Shown here: positions 17,755 to 27,693 of the stretch, one piece after another
Layout of the letters: each line of letters begins with the position of its first letter
How positions within the stretch are numbered: position 1 is the stretch's first letter
Source: Candidatus Bathyarchaeota archaeon
GTDB lineage: Archaea; Thermoproteota; Bathyarchaeia; Bathyarchaeales; Bathyarchaeaceae
NCBI GenBank assembly: GCA_004376295.1
Contig: SOJZ01000005.1
Span: forward strand, 33,914-97,913
Length of the DNA: 64,000 nt
Direction: 5' to 3'
Notes under the pieces: model-generated
What the model saw: the letters and a program-made list of their open reading frames with translations, nothing else
What the model was told of the DNA's origin: nothing
Database searches by the model: none
Made by a program: the position numbers and the translations under genes

Positions 17755-18339
17755 CTATTTCTTCTCAGGCTCGGTTTTCTCGAAATCCTCAAACACTCTC
17801 TTAAGCTGTCGCTTCATAGTCCGCAAATCATGACTCAAACCAAAATAGTCAGCAAAAAACCCAGTCGTCCGTAACAATCTAGTCCGACCAACCCTCTCAC
17901 GAGAAATCAAACCCATACTCTCCAACTGCCTCAAATGACCATAAGCATGATGACCCCGCACATCAACAACCTGAGGCTGCAAAACAGGCTGTCGATAAGC
18001 AATGTAAGATAACGTCTTCAACGGGCCCTTAGAAAGAAGCGGCCGAATCGCCAACCTCTGAACCTGAGGTGAATATTCAGCCTTTAACTGCAAAACAAAC
18101 CGTTTATCCTCAAGCTCCAAGATTTCAAGGGCGGTTTCACGATTCTTATACTCTTCCATAAGAATGCTTACCAGCCTCTGAACCTTCCTCTTAGAACGAG
18201 TCTTAATGATAGATCCTAACGTCCTGAGATCCAGAGGACGCCCCGCCACATAGAGAGCAGCCTCTAATAAAGCTGAATCACGTTTCAACTTCTCTTCGCT
18301 AAGTAGCTCAGATGATTTCCGCTCTATCTCCTCCAACAA
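17755..18339 (-). CDS. scpB: segregation and condensation protein B (KITE subunit)
   Basis: 194 aa with tandem winged-helix signatures (LEAALYVAGRPL..., LSYIAYRQPV...). It is the last gene of the smc-scpA-scpB string. Confidence 0.85.
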   Translation of the reverse strand: MLEEIERKSSELLSEEKLKRDSALLEAALYVAGRPLDLRTLGSIIKTRSKRKVQRLVSILMEEYKNRETALEILELEDKRFVLQLKAEYSPQVQRLAIRPLLSKGPLKTLSYIAYRQPVLQPQVVDVRGHHAYGHLRQLESMGLISRERVGRTRLLRTTGFFADYFGLSHDLRTMKRQLKRVFEDFEKTEPEKK

Positions 18340-19006
18340 CAGGACCCTCTGGGACAGTTATGAAAATTTCGCTAGAATCTTCCTCCTGCCATAAGGCGAC
18401 TTTACCTGTTTGCGCAAGGAAGAGAAGAGTAATGAACGTTTTGATTGCTTCCAATTTTTCTAGTCCAGCTATCACCTTAGAAAAGAATGCGAGTTTTCCT
18501 CCACTTACAAGTTGTCGCAGAAGACGATACAAGCTCTTCATCTTCTCCTCAATCTCCATCATGTACAAATCGACTGGAGGAAGAAAATCCGGAGGAGGCG
18601 GCAAGATAGGTTCCGAACGTGGTTTCAATCCGAATAAGCGTTCACCCGTTAGCACTTCATCCAGCACCGTTAACAAATGCTGAATCGTAGTAGATGTCAA
18701 TTCGTAACGAAGAGGGAGAAACAAAGGAGGAGGCGAAAAATCTGGTGGAGGCTTGGGAGGAAGCGGAGGCTCCTCTAGCTTCAGCAGAAGCTTAGACTTC
18801 ATAAGATATATAGTGGCAGAAGAATCAAGCGCCACCCCTGAAGCCCTAAAATCGACCTCCCCTCTTTTTTCCATCTCATTCAAGAAGGATGTCAATAGAA
18901 ACGAAATGCTGATGTTCCATGGCAATATCTTCTGCAATTTATCAAGTTCGAAGAGTACGTTCAAAGGAGGTTGAAAATAGAATGGTTTTTCAATGGACGA
19001 CGACAT
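18308..19006 (-). CDS. scpA: segregation and condensation protein A (kleisin)
   Basis: 232 aa with a proline-rich central linker and a C-terminal winged helix (AIKTFITLLFLAQTGKVALWQEE). It overlaps the smc stop and the scpB start. Confidence 0.8.
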   Translation of the reverse strand: MSSSIEKPFYFQPPLNVLFELDKLQKILPWNISISFLLTSFLNEMEKRGEVDFRASGVALDSSATIYLMKSKLLLKLEEPPLPPKPPPDFSPPPLFLPLRYELTSTTIQHLLTVLDEVLTGERLFGLKPRSEPILPPPPDFLPPVDLYMMEIEEKMKSLYRLLRQLVSGGKLAFFSKVIAGLEKLEAIKTFITLLFLAQTGKVALWQEEDSSEIFITVPEGPVVGGDRAEII

Positions 19007-22000
19007 TAGGTCGCCCCCTTAAACGTAGCGGAAACCACATGAGAAACTCCGCTGCGCTCGTATACGCCATATATCCTCCCTGCTTTGCTAACCATCTCAG
19101 GCTTTAACGTAATAACTAGAGACTGAGAATTCGTTGATTCCTCAGCTAACAGCGCCCCCAGCTTCTCCACGTGAAGTGCATCCAGATGTGCGTCAACCTC
19201 GTCGAATAGATAGAAAGTTGCGGGCAAGAAGTCTTGCAGAGCGAATATGAAGGCAACTGCTGCTACCGATCTTTCTCCGCTGCTGGCTCCACTCACAAGG
19301 ATGGGTGGCTTGCTAGGGAACTGAACGACCATATCTATCCCGCCAGCGAACGGTTCTTCAGGTTTTTCAAGTCGTAAAGCAGCTTCCCCGCCACCTGTGA
19401 GTTTGGAGAAAAACCTACCGATGTTTTCGTTTACTTGGTTGAAAGCCTCCAGGAAAATCTTACGTTTTTTCTGTTCAATTTCATTCATAAATGAAAGTAT
19501 AGCCCGTTTTTCTAGCTCCAACTCGTTCATGCGTATAGATAGTTCTTTGTATCGTGAAGCTTGGTCAGCATAGTGTGACAGGGCCAACTGATTCACAGCA
19601 CCCAGCCTTTCCAGCTCGAAACGCATCAATTTAACAGATGATTCAGCTAATTCAAGTTGTTTCGGCGATACTTCCAAGGTTTCTTCGTAACCAAACTCCT
19701 TCAATCGAAGGTTGCGTTGATCCAGCTGCAGTTGGAATGTTTGGAGGTTGAGTTGAAGCTTGTTGAACAACTGATCGGCTCGCTCATACTCTAGGTCATA
19801 TCGGTGCAACCTCTTGTCAATGTAGTCAATTTGAGACGTAAATTTCTTGGATTCTTTCCTAGCGGTTAAGACTGAACGAGACAAGTCTTCCTTGGACTTC
19901 TCAAGTTCGGGAAGTTCTCTTTCAAGCATCTCCTTCTGTTCAAGAGCTTCTCCAACTTCTTTTTCAACGATAGAGAACTGTTGTCTTACCTTTCGAAGTT
20001 GAATCCTAATGTTATCGGCACCTAATTTGAGAACGTTATTCAACTTGGATTGAAGAGTTGCAAGTTCAGTTTCTATGCTGCCAAGATTTTGCCGTAACTC
20101 TATAATTCCATCTCCTAACCTTTCCTTCTGAATCTCCATCTCCTGAATCTGAGATAAATCCACTTTTCGTCGTAAATTAATCAATTCGTTACGTAGTTTT
20201 TGTATTTCTCTTTTGATAGCGTTACGCTGTGCTTTGTGAAGAACTATTTGTGCCTTCTCTTTTTCCAGACGCCCTTGAACGTTTTGAACGTGTTTATCGA
20301 TGCGCTTAACGTTTCGTTTCGTATATTTGATGCTTTTGTGTAATCGTTCAATTTCACCTTCAAGTGTATGTATTGCCTCGGTTAATCGAGTGAATTCCAC
20401 TCGGGTTTTCTCAATCTCTTCTTCGAAGTTGGTTACGTCGTCTTCTCTTCTTACCAAGTGTTCCAGAAGGGCACTTACTGCTTGGTTCAAGCTTTCAACA
20501 GCTGATTCGCTTGGAATAATTGAAGAAAAGTCGATAGGAGCCCGATAATAACCACTTTCTATCCCTCCACCAGTCTCGTAAACATTTCCGTTAACGGTAG
20601 CCGTTCGATAGCCGTCGCGAGAAACGGAGAGAGCAGTCTTATCATCCCTCGTTATCAAAGTGTCCCCAAAAACGAAAACAACCGCGGGTTCATACTGTTT
20701 TGCGCATTTAACAAACATGGAGGCGGTTCCGCTTATATCCCTGATTTTCTGAGGCCTCACTGGCTTGATATTAGATAATTCTTGAACAGGGATTATCTTG
20801 ATTCTACCTAGCTTCAAGCGTGTAAGTGTTTCTGTACATGTGAATGCAACGTTAAAATCTTGGACAACGATGGAATTCAACCAGCCAGCTGAAGCTGCTT
20901 CTATTGCTTGTTCGTAACCACGATCTATCTTGATTAAGTTTCTGAGTCGCCCATATATGCCCGGGATGACGCCAAGTTCTCCAAGCTCTTCGATGTTCCT
21001 TAACGCCTTTTCCTCTCTTGCAATACGTTCAGCCAATTTCCGCTGAGTAGCAAATTCCACCACGGCCTCTCGAGCAGTGCCAGCGATTTTGCCGGCTTCA
21101 ACAATCTCCTTCTCCATGGACTCTTTTTGCACTTTTTTTCGTTCCAGTGCTTGTTGAAGAGTTTTCAGCTGCCTTTCTTGCTTTTTCTTCACTTCTTTGA
21201 GGTCTCTAAAAGATTTTTTAAGTTCTTCAAGGCTAGACGTGAATCTCTCCTTGCGAGTGTTAATGTCGTTTAGCCTGCGTGAAAGTACCTTAATTGTGGC
21301 TTGACTTCTGGCGTGATCGCTTCGAAGAACGAACAGATTTTGATAAAGTTTGTCTAATTGTTGCTCCATTTCTCTGATTTTCTTACTATTTTCGCCTAAA
21401 TTTGCTCTTAGTTGTGCTGCTTCACTTGAGATGGAGTCGTGTTGGGACCGTTTAATTGCAACCTCTTTGGATAAACGATCATGTTGCCGTTTCAATTGTT
21501 GAACTTTCTTGCGGCTTTCAGCGATCTCGTTCTTAATAGGCTCTAACTGTTGAAGGCTATTCTCTCTCACCTTCTTGAGCCCTTCGAGACTCATTGTTCC
21601 TGCGCTTATCTTGGTCGTCAGTTCAGTTAATTTCGATTTGATGTCACCTATCTTTATTTGAACTTCAAGAACTTGTGTACTGCCTTCCTCCACCGTTTCT
21701 GAACTAAGTTTTCTCCATTCTGTTTCAACTTCATGACGCTGAGTTCTGAGACCTTCTCTTAATTGCCTTAACTTTTCAACTCTGGTGCCAACCTCTTCAA
21801 CATTGGACGCTATCTTTTCGATTTTTTTCTTCACTTCCGAAATGTCATGAGAGAGTTTCATAGCTTCAAATCGTTTGATTTCTTTTTGGATGAAAGTGTA
21901 GCAAAGTAGGTCATTACGTTCTCTTTCCAGGTCGTCAACCCTTTTCTGCACTTCGTCTATTCGCCCCATGGCCGTCCGAATAGATATTTCGGCGGCTCGA

Positions 22001-22554
22001 AGCTTTTCTTCGGCCTCAGCCTTTTCAACGTCGTATTGAGCAATGCCAACTAAGTCCTCTATGATTCTTCTGCGTTCATGAGGAGAGACTTCAGCCATGC
22101 GCGTGATTGTTCCCTGCACAATAATGTTGTGTCCGGTTGGGCTGATCCCAGCCATAGATAACATTTCGACTATGCGAAATCTTGAAATCCTCCTCCCGTT
22201 GAGCCGATAAATGCTTTGACCATTCCTGCGGACTTCACGAGAAATGGTTACAGTGTTGGTGCCAACTGGTATGCGATGGTCATTATTGTCAAATTGAATA
22301 ACAACTTTTGCAGCTTTCGCTTTTTCTACACCTGCATTAGGAGAACCGTGAAAAATAAGTTTTGCAAAATTTTCGGCGCGCAGTCTTCTAGCACTTAGTT
22401 CGCCCAACCCGAATAAGACCGCATCTACAATGTTGGTTTTTCCGCTTCCGTTTGGCCCAGTGAGCACCGTGAAGCCTTTATCTAGTGTTATGCTAGTGGT
22501 TTTCGGACCAAAAGATTTGAAGCCTCTTAACTCAATTTTTTTAATGTACGGCAT
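19006..22554 (-). CDS. smc: chromosome segregation protein SMC
   Basis: 1182 aa. Walker A GPNGSGKTN, long coiled coils, a central hinge (GIYGRLRNLI...AIEAASAGWLNSIVV), signature SGGERS and Walker B FYLFDEVDAHLD. Confidence 0.95.
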   Translation of the reverse strand: MPYIKKIELRGFKSFGPKTTSITLDKGFTVLTGPNGSGKTNIVDAVLFGLGELSARRLRAENFAKLIFHGSPNAGVEKAKAAKVVIQFDNNDHRIPVGTNTVTISREVRRNGQSIYRLNGRRISRFRIVEMLSMAGISPTGHNIIVQGTITRMAEVSPHERRRIIEDLVGIAQYDVEKAEAEEKLRAAEISIRTAMGRIDEVQKRVDDLERERNDLLCYTFIQKEIKRFEAMKLSHDISEVKKKIEKIASNVEEVGTRVEKLRQLREGLRTQRHEVETEWRKLSSETVEEGSTQVLEVQIKIGDIKSKLTELTTKISAGTMSLEGLKKVRENSLQQLEPIKNEIAESRKKVQQLKRQHDRLSKEVAIKRSQHDSISSEAAQLRANLGENSKKIREMEQQLDKLYQNLFVLRSDHARSQATIKVLSRRLNDINTRKERFTSSLEELKKSFRDLKEVKKKQERQLKTLQQALERKKVQKESMEKEIVEAGKIAGTAREAVVEFATQRKLAERIAREEKALRNIEELGELGVIPGIYGRLRNLIKIDRGYEQAIEAASAGWLNSIVVQDFNVAFTCTETLTRLKLGRIKIIPVQELSNIKPVRPQKIRDISGTASMFVKCAKQYEPAVVFVFGDTLITRDDKTALSVSRDGYRTATVNGNVYETGGGIESGYYRAPIDFSSIIPSESAVESLNQAVSALLEHLVRREDDVTNFEEEIEKTRVEFTRLTEAIHTLEGEIERLHKSIKYTKRNVKRIDKHVQNVQGRLEKEKAQIVLHKAQRNAIKREIQKLRNELINLRRKVDLSQIQEMEIQKERLGDGIIELRQNLGSIETELATLQSKLNNVLKLGADNIRIQLRKVRQQFSIVEKEVGEALEQKEMLERELPELEKSKEDLSRSVLTARKESKKFTSQIDYIDKRLHRYDLEYERADQLFNKLQLNLQTFQLQLDQRNLRLKEFGYEETLEVSPKQLELAESSVKLMRFELERLGAVNQLALSHYADQASRYKELSIRMNELELEKRAILSFMNEIEQKKRKIFLEAFNQVNENIGRFFSKLTGGGEAALRLEKPEEPFAGGIDMVVQFPSKPPILVSGASSGERSVAAVAFIFALQDFLPATFYLFDEVDAHLDALHVEKLGALLAEESTNSQSLVITLKPEMVSKAGRIYGVYERSGVSHVVSATFKGAT

Positions 22555-22808
22555 TTCTTTTCTAGCCCGCCTCCAACGTTTTTAGTATAGCGGGAATTAA
22601 CCTAATCATTTACCCCTTCTTTCTATAAAATTCTTCTATAATAAAATATGCATCAGAAACCTGTCTAGTCAGTCCACCTAGAAACAAGGCGTTTGACCCA
22701 AGATTTTCAAACATAAAAAAAGCGGGTTTTGCAAGGATATCTCTATTACATGGATTATAGAACCTTGCTTCCAAAAAACAGATTCTGAAGGTCAAGTCTA
22801 TGATCCCT

Positions 22809-22850
22809 CCCCCCCGTATAGGGGGTCTATAAAGAGAGAGACACACCCAA
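22809..22850 (+). repeat. TATAGGGGG...AGAGAGACAC intergenic repeat, copy 1
   Basis: cccccccgTATAGGGGGTCTATAAAGAGAGAGACACACCCAAATAAC. It starts 41 nt beyond the stop of the minus-strand gene 22891..23436. Confidence 0.8.
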
Positions 22851-22890
22851 ATAACATTACAAAACAGATAACCTCAAAACTCAACACAAA

Positions 22891-23436
22891 CTAAGCAGAT
22901 ACACTTTTCTTCGTCTTACGTTTCAAAAAATCCTGTTGTAACCTCAACCTCTTAATAAACGATTTCACACTCTCATCATCCCCATAAACAAGCACAAACC
23001 CATTCTCCTGCATTTTGTGCAAAAGCCCATTTTCCTCAGCCAAATTTTCGATATCCTCCTGAGGAGTATCTTCCGAAACTTGAACCCGCACCCAACATTT
23101 ACCTCGTGGAAGCCCTGAAACAAACCTTGAAACAACTTTCACCTCTTCCTCCCCAGAAATCCTTTTTCTAGCCACCCCAAGCTTTCCCATCCAATGCTCC
23201 ACAAACTCAGACCCAAACTTCTCCTGTGCCATGGAAATAAGATAGAATTCAACGTTTTCTAGGTATGTCTCAATTCTCGGAATATTCTTGATGTGTGATG
23301 GATCGGCTTTAAAAATCTGTATCATCGTCTTAGCAGAGCGCAGATCATTCATGACACTAGCCGGAATTACTGCACCCTTTTTCCGAAGCTCGGTGATCAG
23401 ATCTGCCAACACTTTCCATGTTTCCTCGTAACGCAT
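22891..23436 (-). CDS. conserved archaeal hypothetical protein (possibly DUF2096-like)
   Basis: 181-aa ORF with coding-like composition. The family assignment is from memory only and is uncertain. Confidence 0.5.
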   Translation of the reverse strand: MRYEETWKVLADLITELRKKGAVIPASVMNDLRSAKTMIQIFKADPSHIKNIPRIETYLENVEFYLISMAQEKFGSEFVEHWMGKLGVARKRISGEEEVKVVSRFVSGLPRGKCWVRVQVSEDTPQEDIENLAEENGLLHKMQENGFVLVYGDDESVKSFIKRLRLQQDFLKRKTKKSVSA

Positions 23437-23708
23437 ACCCTTTAAGCCTCAAACACTTCTCAATATTATCTTCGAATCCTTCGGGTCATTTAAGTTCTTT
23501 GTAGAATAACGGTAAACTGAATTCAGAAAAGCCTATTTGAATCACATCTTAGACCAGCTAGAACGATGTATATATGTGACTTTTTGAATGATCTTTCACC
23601 TCCTCATTAACAAAAGAGTCAACAATATCCTTTTTAACAAAAGCCTTTTTAGTTTCATCTCTACAACAGAACAAGCAAAACGAGTTTACAAACATGAGGT
23701 GATAAAGT

Positions 23709-24446
23709 TTGTCTATGTTTGCAGCACCAGGAGCTTATGATCGTGCCATCACCGTGTTTTCCCCAGATGGACGTCTCTTTCAGGTTGAATATGCCGTTGA
23801 AACAGTGAATCGTGGGGCAACCATATTGGGGATTACCTGCTCCGAAGGAGTAGTGTTAGGAGCAGAAGAGACCATCGAAACAAAATTAGAGGATCCTAAT
23901 TTTTCATGGAAGCTCTATAAAGTAGACGACCATGTTGGAGCAGCAATTGTTGGTTTAAGTTCCGACGCTCGCATTCTCATTGACCAATCAAGGGTCTACG
24001 CTCAAAGCAATCGATTAATGTACGATGACCCCATCGACATTGAAGTTATCACGAAACGAATAGGAGACCTAAAGCAACTGTATACTCAGCATGCAGGAGT
24101 AAGACCCTTCGGAGTGTCAATTCTTTTTGGTGGCGTGGATAGGCTAGGAAATAGGTTATTCGCGACCCATCCAAGCGGTTCCTACAGGGGTTATAAGGCC
24201 GTTGCAGTAGGTGTTGGTCGCGAAACGGTGATAAACATCTTAAAGACGGAGTATCATGAAAATATGAAACTTGATGAAGCGATCAAACTCGCCATAAAAT
24301 GCCTTGTTAAAGCCCTTGAGGCGAGGGAACAGCCAACAAGAGTCAAAATATCTGTGATCCCATCCGCAACGAAAAAGCTCAAAGAGCTTACCGACAAAGA
24401 AATTGAGGCTTATCGGAGGGGTATCGAGGGCAGTGGAACTCCATGA
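23709..24446 (+). CDS. psmA: proteasome subunit alpha
   Basis: 245 aa with the canonical alpha-subunit N-terminus YDRAITVFSPDGRLFQVEYA. GAGGTGA lies upstream of the start. Confidence 0.95.
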   Translation: MSMFAAPGAYDRAITVFSPDGRLFQVEYAVETVNRGATILGITCSEGVVLGAEETIETKLEDPNFSWKLYKVDDHVGAAIVGLSSDARILIDQSRVYAQSNRLMYDDPIDIEVITKRIGDLKQLYTQHAGVRPFGVSILFGGVDRLGNRLFATHPSGSYRGYKAVAVGVGRETVINILKTEYHENMKLDEAIKLAIKCLVKALEAREQPTRVKISVIPSATKKLKELTDKEIEAYRRGIEGSGTP

Positions 24447-25132
24447 GCGAACGCCACACAATTGCACGCATAACCCGCGAGGGAGAACACTTCGAGATTC
24501 TTGTCAAGCCTCAACATGCTCTCTCCTACAGACTTGGAAAAATCACTTCGATTTCTGAAGTGTTGGTTGCTGACACCATTTTTATAGATGCTAACAAAGG
24601 ATTACGAGCCTCAGAAGATAAACTACAGAAAACGTTCGGAACCTTAGATCCAATCAAGATTGCCAGCGTGATTTTGAAGAAGGGTACATTGCAGCTAACT
24701 ACAGAGCAACGAAGACAGATGATCGAGGACAAACGAAAACAAATCATTTCTTTCATATCCCGTCAATGCGTTGACCCGAGAACTAATCTTCCACATCCTC
24801 CTCTCCGCATAGAACAAGCATGGAAGCAAATTCATCATCCGATAGACCCTTTCAAAGAAACTGAGGAACAGGCAAAAGAGATCATAAAGCTCTTGCGCCC
24901 AATTCTCCCCCTTAAAATGGAAAAAGTTTCTGTGGCCGTTCACATTCCACCTGAATACGCGAGTAAAGCTTACGGAGCAGTTAAGGGATTCGGCGTAATA
25001 AGACGTGAGGAGTGGCGGGCCGACGGGTCTTGGTCCACAGTTGTAGAATTGCCTGCAGGGCTATACGGCCCATTTCTGGAAAAGCTAGGAGAAATAACTC
25101 GAGGTAATCTCCAAGCAAAATTGATTGAATAG
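24443..25132 (+). CDS. sdo1: SBDS-family ribosome maturation protein
   Basis: 229 aa. Has ARITREGEHFEILVKPQHALSYRLGK and a 4-nt overlap with psmA, at the conserved superoperon position. Confidence 0.9.
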   Translation: MSERHTIARITREGEHFEILVKPQHALSYRLGKITSISEVLVADTIFIDANKGLRASEDKLQKTFGTLDPIKIASVILKKGTLQLTTEQRRQMIEDKRKQIISFISRQCVDPRTNLPHPPLRIEQAWKQIHHPIDPFKETEEQAKEIIKLLRPILPLKMEKVSVAVHIPPEYASKAYGAVKGFGVIRREEWRADGSWSTVVELPAGLYGPFLEKLGEITRGNLQAKLIE

Positions 25133-25156
25133 GTTATTTACATTGAGGTAACAAAA

Positions 25157-25870
25157 TTGCCCACCTTTTATGAGAATAAACAACTTGTAACGCCAGGAGA
25201 TTTGCTTGCCGAAGGTAATTACGTGGCTGGCGAAAATGCGTACGCGGAAGATGGCAAAATTTATTCTACTCAACTTGGGCTTGTGGACTATGAAGAGCAA
25301 AGAGTTCACGTCGTTGCCCTAAGGGCGTTTTACATCCCTTACATTGGAGATACAGTTATTGGAAAAGTAGTTGACGTAGGCTTCAGTGGCTGGATGTTGG
25401 ATATCAACGCCCCCTACTTTGCAATGCTCCGAGCGTCAGACGTACTTGACCGCCCGTTTAAACCACAGAAAAACGATTTGTTCTCTATCTTCAATATAGG
25501 TGATCTTATCATTGCCAAAGTAGTTGCATACAACCGAACACGCGACCCCCTACTTACTGTCGGTGACCCCGGTCTCGGGAAGATCACGCGCGGACAAATC
25601 GTGGAAGTTACCCCCACAAAAATTCCGCGACTTATTGGAAGACAAGGTTCAATGATAAGTATGCTGAAAAGAGAAACAGGGTGTCACATCACTCTTGGTC
25701 AAAACGGATTGGTTCTCGTTAGCGGCAAAACTCTTGAAGATGAACGACTCGCGATTATGGCCATTCGCAAGATCGATCAAGAAGCCCACACAAGCGGGTT
25801 AACGGATCGCGTAACGAAAATGATTCAGAAGGAAAAGGGAGGTGTTAAACATGCCCAGAAAGACAACTAA
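25157..25870 (+). CDS. rrp4: exosome complex RNA-binding protein Rrp4 (S1 + KH)
   Basis: 237 aa. [13 protein letters not shown]...[12 protein letters not shown] in the N-terminal/S1 region and a KH-like [19 protein letters not shown]. Confidence 0.9.
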   Translation: MPTFYENKQLVTPGDLLAEGNYVAGENAYAEDGKIYSTQLGLVDYEEQRVHVVALRAFYIPYIGDTVIGKVVDVGFSGWMLDINAPYFAMLRASDVLDRPFKPQKNDLFSIFNIGDLIIAKVVAYNRTRDPLLTVGDPGLGKITRGQIVEVTPTKIPRLIGRQGSMISMLKRETGCHITLGQNGLVLVSGKTLEDERLAIMAIRKIDQEAHTSGLTDRVTKMIQKEKGGVKHAQKDN

Positions 25871-26594
25871 AAAATTAATCGACAAAAATGGCATTCGAGC
25901 AGATGGAAGAAAACTAGATGAGTTAAGACCAATAAAAATCGAGGCTGGTGTAATTAGAAACGCCGACGGTTCCGCCTACATTGAGCAGGGTAAGAACAAG
26001 ATTCTCGTCGGAGTGTACGGCCCCAAGGAGGTTCATCCCAAACATTTAACCCTGCTGGACCGCGCCTTGCTCCGTTGCCGCTATCATATGGCACCGTTTT
26101 CAGTTGATGAGAGGAAAAGACCAGCTCCCTCAAGAAGGGAACAGGAACTCTCCAAGGTGATTACATGGGCCATTGAGCCGTCCATTTTTCTTGAACATTT
26201 TCCACGAACATCCATAGACGTTTTCATTGAAGTTTTGCAAGCAAACGGCGGAACTAGATGCGCGGGCATTACTGCTGCCTCTGTAGCGTTAGCGGACGCT
26301 GGAATTCCTATGAGAGATTTGGTTGCGGCGTGTGCGGCTGGAAAAGTAGAAGGACATCTAGTGCTTGATTTGATGGATGTTGAGGACAAAATGGGTGAAG
26401 CGGATTTACCTTTGGCGCTGATGCCAAATTTGAACGCCATAACGTTACTTCAGATGGATGGGGGACTAACGACGGAAGAATTTGAGCAAGTGATGGGCCT
26501 TGCTCTTACCGGATGCAAGCAAATACACACTCTTCAAAAGGAAGCTTTAAAGGCGAGGTACATCGCTGTTAAGAAGGCGGTAGAAAAACAATGA
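25842..26594 (+). CDS. rrp41: exosome complex exonuclease Rrp41 (RNase PH domain)
   Basis: 250 aa with [37 protein letters not shown] and DGGTR-like [13 protein letters not shown]. Confidence 0.9.
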   Translation: MLNMPRKTTKKLIDKNGIRADGRKLDELRPIKIEAGVIRNADGSAYIEQGKNKILVGVYGPKEVHPKHLTLLDRALLRCRYHMAPFSVDERKRPAPSRREQELSKVITWAIEPSIFLEHFPRTSIDVFIEVLQANGGTRCAGITAASVALADAGIPMRDLVAACAAGKVEGHLVLDLMDVEDKMGEADLPLALMPNLNAITLLQMDGGLTTEEFEQVMGLALTGCKQIHTLQKEALKARYIAVKKAVEKQ

Positions 26595-27388
26595 CCCAGA
26601 TCATAATTCCCCATATAACGCAGAAGCAAATTGTTCAAGCCATCTCTGACGGGAAGCGACTGGATGGACGGGGATTGACTGATTATCGCGAAGTTCAACT
26701 GGAGGCAGGTATCATTGGGAGCGCTGAAGGTTCAGCTCGCGTGCGCCTAGGCAAAACCGAAGTACTTGTTGGAATAAAAATCGAAGTTGGTGCACCGTTT
26801 TCCGACATACCCAACGAAGGAGTACTCACGGTTAATGCTGAGCTTGTACCACTGGCATCACCCACATTTGAAACAGGACCACCAGGCAAAGAAGCGATAG
26901 AACTTGCAAGAGTCGTTGACCGCGGCATACGAGAGTCCAAGGCAATTGCGCTAGAGAAGCTATGTGCTATCCCTAAAAAGAAAGTTTTCATAATCTTCAT
27001 CGACATTTACGTTCTGAACCACGACGGAAATCTTATAGACGCCTCAGCCCTAGCAGCACTTGCCGCGTTGCTTAACACAAAGATGTTTAAATATCAAGTG
27101 AAAGACGGCGAAATCGAGATAAAGCCTGGATACACTCAACTTCCAATAAGAAACCATCCAATAGCTGTTACGCTTGCTAAAATCAACGAGAAGCTTGTAG
27201 TGGACCCTGAACTCGGAGAGGAACAAGTTATGGATACCCGCCTCACAATGACCATAGAAAAAGACGGAAAAATTTGTGCAATGCAGAAAGGTGGCAGCGG
27301 CTATTTCACGACGCAACAAATCATGGAAGCCGCAAAGATAGCCCAAGAAAAAAGTATAGAATTACGAAAGCTTATGGTGAAAGGCTGA
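26591..27388 (+). CDS. rrp42: exosome complex component Rrp42 (RNase PH domain)
   Basis: 265 aa with [13 protein letters not shown] and [17 protein letters not shown]. There is a 4-nt overlap with rrp41. Confidence 0.9.
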   Translation: MTQIIIPHITQKQIVQAISDGKRLDGRGLTDYREVQLEAGIIGSAEGSARVRLGKTEVLVGIKIEVGAPFSDIPNEGVLTVNAELVPLASPTFETGPPGKEAIELARVVDRGIRESKAIALEKLCAIPKKKVFIIFIDIYVLNHDGNLIDASALAALAALLNTKMFKYQVKDGEIEIKPGYTQLPIRNHPIAVTLAKINEKLVVDPELGEEQVMDTRLTMTIEKDGKICAMQKGGSGYFTTQQIMEAAKIAQEKSIELRKLMVKG

Positions 27389-27693
27389 TGGGAGGACGAA
27401 CCAAAAAGGTTGGTTCAACGAGAGGATTCGGGGCTCGCTACGGCTCGAGTGTTAGAAAAAGATACGTCAAAGTGCTTTCGGAAATGAAAAAAGCCCACAG
27501 ATGCCCCAAATGCGGCTTTGGTTCGGTTCGAAGAAAAAGCGTAGGCGTCTGGAACTGTAAAAAATGCGGTCTAACATTCACGGGCGGCGCTTACATCCCA
27601 GTCACAAAGCTTGGCATCATAGCGAAGCGTTCAGCTAAGGGGCTACCATCTCCAGAAACCCCGGAGGTTCTCGTTGCAGAGGAAAGAGAGTGA
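27388..27693 (+). CDS. rpl37ae: 50S ribosomal protein L37Ae
   Basis: 101 aa from an internal ATG at 27388 that overlaps the rrp42 TGA. Has TKKVGSTRGFGARYG and the CPKCG...CKKCG zinc ribbon. The listed 139-aa ORF start is an upstream artefact. Confidence 0.9.
   Translation: MGGRTKKVGSTRGFGARYGSSVRKRYVKVLSEMKKAHRCPKCGFGSVRRKSVGVWNCKKCGLTFTGGAYIPVTKLGIIAKRSAKGLPSPETPEVLVAEERE

Noticed and set aside
22610-22846. ORFs starting MCLSL... at 22610..22846 and 44090..44341, plus the N-terminal extension of 41025..41534 (VSLFRPPIAPPP), which look like a small protein family.
   Set aside because: The shared residues are encoded by the TATAGGGGG...AGAGAGACAC DNA repeat itself. Similarity stops at the repeat edge, so this is DNA-level rather than protein-level conservation.
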